Shown: one piece after another, positions 55,703 to 58,126 of the stretch
How positions within the stretch are numbered: the stretch's first letter is position 1
How the letters are laid out: each line of letters begins with the position of its first letter
Source: a virus
Taxonomy: Duplodnaviria > Caudoviricetes
DNA: 58,126 nt
Reading direction: 5' to 3' (one strand)
IMG/VR virus record: IMGVR_UViG_3300001847_000530
Location: 1-58,126 of that record
Translations under genes and position numbers: made by a program
Notes under the pieces: generated by a model
The model's input: the letters and a program-made list of their open reading frames with translations, nothing else
Database searches by the model: none
Told to the model about the DNA's origin: nothing

Positions 55703-56893
55703 ATGACTCGCGCAAAGAAGCAATCTAGCGGCTATAAAGTCCGCGTTACTGATGGTCGTTATACTGGTGAAGAACCGGTGTGGGATGGATGGGAAAAGTG
55801 GCCTGTGGAGAAGTTCGATAAGGAACGTTCTCGCGCATTCAACTTCTACAACTACTATCTAGATGCCGGTCAGTCTAAGCATGCTGTCCTTGAATGGATG
55901 GAAAAGAATGGCTACAGCAAGATTGACATTGCAGCAGTAAAGGCTGCTCCTGATTATCTCCCAGGTCCTACTACGGGTACGTTATGCATTTCTATGCTGC
56001 GCGGAATGCCTGCAAAGCACCCTGAGCTCGACTATCGCTCTGACGCCGACTTTGCTGCTGAACGAATCGCAGAGACGATCAGGACGGGCCGCACATTGAA
56101 TCCGAACCAAGGAGAAGCGGTTGAGCAGTTCATGAAGACTGATCCGGTTTCGCCGATGATTTTGCTTGCTGCAAAGACGCAGCGTACTGTGATTCTAGAT
56201 TTAGATGTTCTGCTTGACGAATGGATCAAGACTAGAGATAAGAAAGTGCGGCGTATCGATCTGTACGAGACAATGAAAGGACACGCTCTATCCGCGTTAG
56301 CTGCGCCCACAGTTGAACGCTGGCTGACTAACCTTCTGAACGGATTTGTGGCTGCGCGTGACAAGACCGATCCAGATTATGTTGAGGGCTACAGCTATCT
56401 TTCTGCATCTGAGCTGCGTGATCGAATCGATGCGCTTGAGGATATGCTCAAGGATCTGAATCGTTACGCTCTGGCAGCTAAGGCGACTCGTGCTCCTCGC
56501 AAGAAGCGTGTCAAGTCTGCCGACAAGCAAATTACCAAGCTGCAGTTCCGCAAGGAGGATGCTGACTACAAAATTGCATCGATCAATCCGACTCGAATCG
56601 TGGGTGCGTACCGACTGCTTGCATTCAATACCAAGAAGCGGGTGCTGCTTGACTTCTATGCTCAGAACGCTGAGGGTTTTGCTATCAAGGGTACATCGCT
56701 GAAGAACGTGGATGAACTCACGTCTCGTTGCACACGTCTGCGCAAGCCGCAGGAGTTCTTAGAGATCGTGCTGAACAATACGTCCAAGCAGATCGAAAAG
56801 GCCTGGGGCAATCTAACTACCAAGGAAAACAAGCCCAAACCCCGCATCAACAGCGATGTAGTTCTGCTGCGAGTCTTCGAACGAAAAGATTGA
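55703..56893 (+). CDS. Conserved T4-like hypothetical protein
   Basis: SI.P..I.GA..L..FNTK.R, KG.S, LRKP; usual position upstream of gp33. Confidence 0.65.
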   Translation: MTRAKKQSSGYKVRVTDGRYTGEEPVWDGWEKWPVEKFDKERSRAFNFYNYYLDAGQSKHAVLEWMEKNGYSKIDIAAVKAAPDYLPGPTTGTLCISMLRGMPAKHPELDYRSDADFAAERIAETIRTGRTLNPNQGEAVEQFMKTDPVSPMILLAAKTQRTVILDLDVLLDEWIKTRDKKVRRIDLYETMKGHALSALAAPTVERWLTNLLNGFVAARDKTDPDYVEGYSYLSASELRDRIDALEDMLKDLNRYALAAKATRAPRKKRVKSADKQITKLQFRKEDADYKIASINPTRIVGAYRLLAFNTKKRVLLDFYAQNAEGFAIKGTSLKNVDELTSRCTRLRKPQEFLEIVLNNTSKQIEKAWGNLTTKENKPKPRINSDVVLLRVFERKD

Positions 56894-56960
56894 AATAGCT
56901 AATAGCTTTCTCCTTTACAAGATTTCTTGCAGACTGTATTATATTACTACTGATATCTTA

Positions 56961-57194
56961 ATGACACTAGACAACATCTTAACTAAAGCTAAATTGACTG
57001 AAATGGTTGAACAGCTCGTGCATCTTGAAAAGATGAGCTACATCGATGCTGTGCTGCATATCTGCTCTGAACGCGGCATTGATCCAGCTGACATCGGTAA
57101 GCTGATCTCACCTCCGATCAAAGCTAAGATTGAGGCCGAGGGCATGGCTGCCAATCTTCTTCCCAAGTCAAACTCGCTTGATTCTTTCCTATGA
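56961..57194 (+). CDS. 33: gp33 late-transcription coactivator
   Basis: SYIDAV...C....ID....KLIS..IK.KIE.E; synteny with gp59 and gp32. Confidence 0.85.
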   Translation: MTLDNILTKAKLTEMVEQLVHLEKMSYIDAVLHICSERGIDPADIGKLISPPIKAKIEAEGMAANLLPKSNSLDSFL

Positions 57195-57376
57195 GCACTG
57201 ATACTACTACACCACCACAAAATGTCGTGGCAGATAAAGACGGCAATCTTAAAGTCAAGATGCCCAAAATTCGCCGCGGCCGCCACCCTGAAGTCACCGC
57301 TGGCGCGTTCGGCAATGGACGTACTCATAACGGAATCAAGTACCGCACGAGCAGTCTGATTCGTCGCTTTCGGTAA
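57191..57376 (+). CDS. Small basic protein
   Basis: Coupled between gp33 and gp59. Confidence 0.5.
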   Translation: MSTDTTTPPQNVVADKDGNLKVKMPKIRRGRHPEVTAGAFGNGRTHNGIKYRTSSLIRRFR

Positions 57377-57993
57377 TGCTTAAACCATGGGAAGCGTATC
57401 AGATCTATACTGCGCTAAAACTGCACTTTGAGACTGATACATATGATGCGCTGAGGTACAACTTCAAGACCTCAGCGTCTCAGGCATCGTTCCTTAAAAG
57501 AAAAGATCGGTTCTACTTTGCGAAGTTGGCAAAGAAGTATCCGGATCGTCAAACTTTGATTGACTATCTGGTCGCTTGTTTCACCTCTGGTAGCAAGACC
57601 TGGGCAGGCAATCTCATCGACAAAGAAGCTGAGGATCAGTACGCAGAGTGGTTGCGGAAACGTGACACGTTCTCATACTACTTCGGTGACCAAGTCGATT
57701 ATCTGCTGAACTACTGTCAGGAGAAGAAGATCGTATTCGATGACCTGTTCAAGGCCAAAGGATCTGATCATCCGCTCATAGTTCAGCTATATTCTCAACA
57801 GTACATTTCATTAGAGACGCTTGTGACCTTTGATGAGATGCTAGAATTCATGAAGAACCAGTCTGTGACTGAGACTATCTTCTGGCCAGAATTCTTTCAA
57901 CTGGTGAGCAAATACCGGCCCTTCTGGCGTCAGCAGGTCAACATTAAAAAGTGCAGGCAAACTGTGCTTTCTAGGTTTACAAGCAACGTCTGA
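57376..57993 (+). CDS. 59: gp59 helicase loader
   Basis: Y..Y.ALKLHF....YD, F.KRKDRFYF.KL, ISLET. Confidence 0.88.
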   Translation: MLKPWEAYQIYTALKLHFETDTYDALRYNFKTSASQASFLKRKDRFYFAKLAKKYPDRQTLIDYLVACFTSGSKTWAGNLIDKEAEDQYAEWLRKRDTFSYYFGDQVDYLLNYCQEKKIVFDDLFKAKGSDHPLIVQLYSQQYISLETLVTFDEMLEFMKNQSVTETIFWPEFFQLVSKYRPFWRQQVNIKKCRQTVLSRFTSNV

Positions 57994-58048
57994 TGTGTCA
58001 GGATATACTCCGTAACATACACTAAAATACTACAACTACACTACTAAT

Positions 58049-58126
58049 ATGTCATTCGCAGATCTAAAGAAGAATCGCACCGCGGGCATCAGCAATCTGA
58101 TCTCGCAGGCGCAAAAGGCAGCAGGC
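58049..58126 (+). CDS. 32: gp32 ssDNA-binding protein (N-terminus only)
   Basis: MSFADLKK start after gp59; G-poor leader. Confidence 0.75.
   Translation, partial: MSFADLKKNRTAGISNLISQAQKAAG

Noticed and set aside
1-58126. Stop-codon reassignment
   Set aside because: Core genes are intact in the standard code, TAG/TGA/TAA all end coupled genes, and there is no suppressor tRNA; the Leu UAG and Ser UGA anticodons read CUA and UCA

Overview
This is a 58-kb segment of a large T4-like myovirus genome. Core genes include uvsX, gp41 helicase, thyX, nrdB/nrdA, rnh, a denV-like glycosylase, phoH, DNA ligase, gp33, gp59 and the start of gp32, with T4-type TATAAATA late promoters. The host is probably Gram-negative; Verrucomicrobiota is a weak guess. 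The accessory content is rich. (1) A T4 beta-glucosyltransferase-like gene sits beside IMPase, NeuB, NeuA and a C5-cytosine-MTase-like gene, suggesting DNA hypermodification with a CMP-activated ulosonic (sialic-like) sugar. (2) An RNA island holds 11 tRNAs, a tmRNA, CCA-ending tRNA mimics and about 900 nt of stacked structured RNAs including a pistol-ribozyme-like element. (3) An ArfA-like peptide, the tmRNA and a ClpP form a possible ribosome-rescue kit. (4) CsgF, CsgG, a curlin-like protein, FecR and a CHASE2 adenylate cyclase form one envelope module, and a TPS-domain protein plus a small beta-barrel form another. (5) About ten repeated early-promoter cassettes combine IHF-consensus boxes with apparently leaderless ATGATG starts. 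All calls come from by-eye motif recognition; no searches or folding were run.
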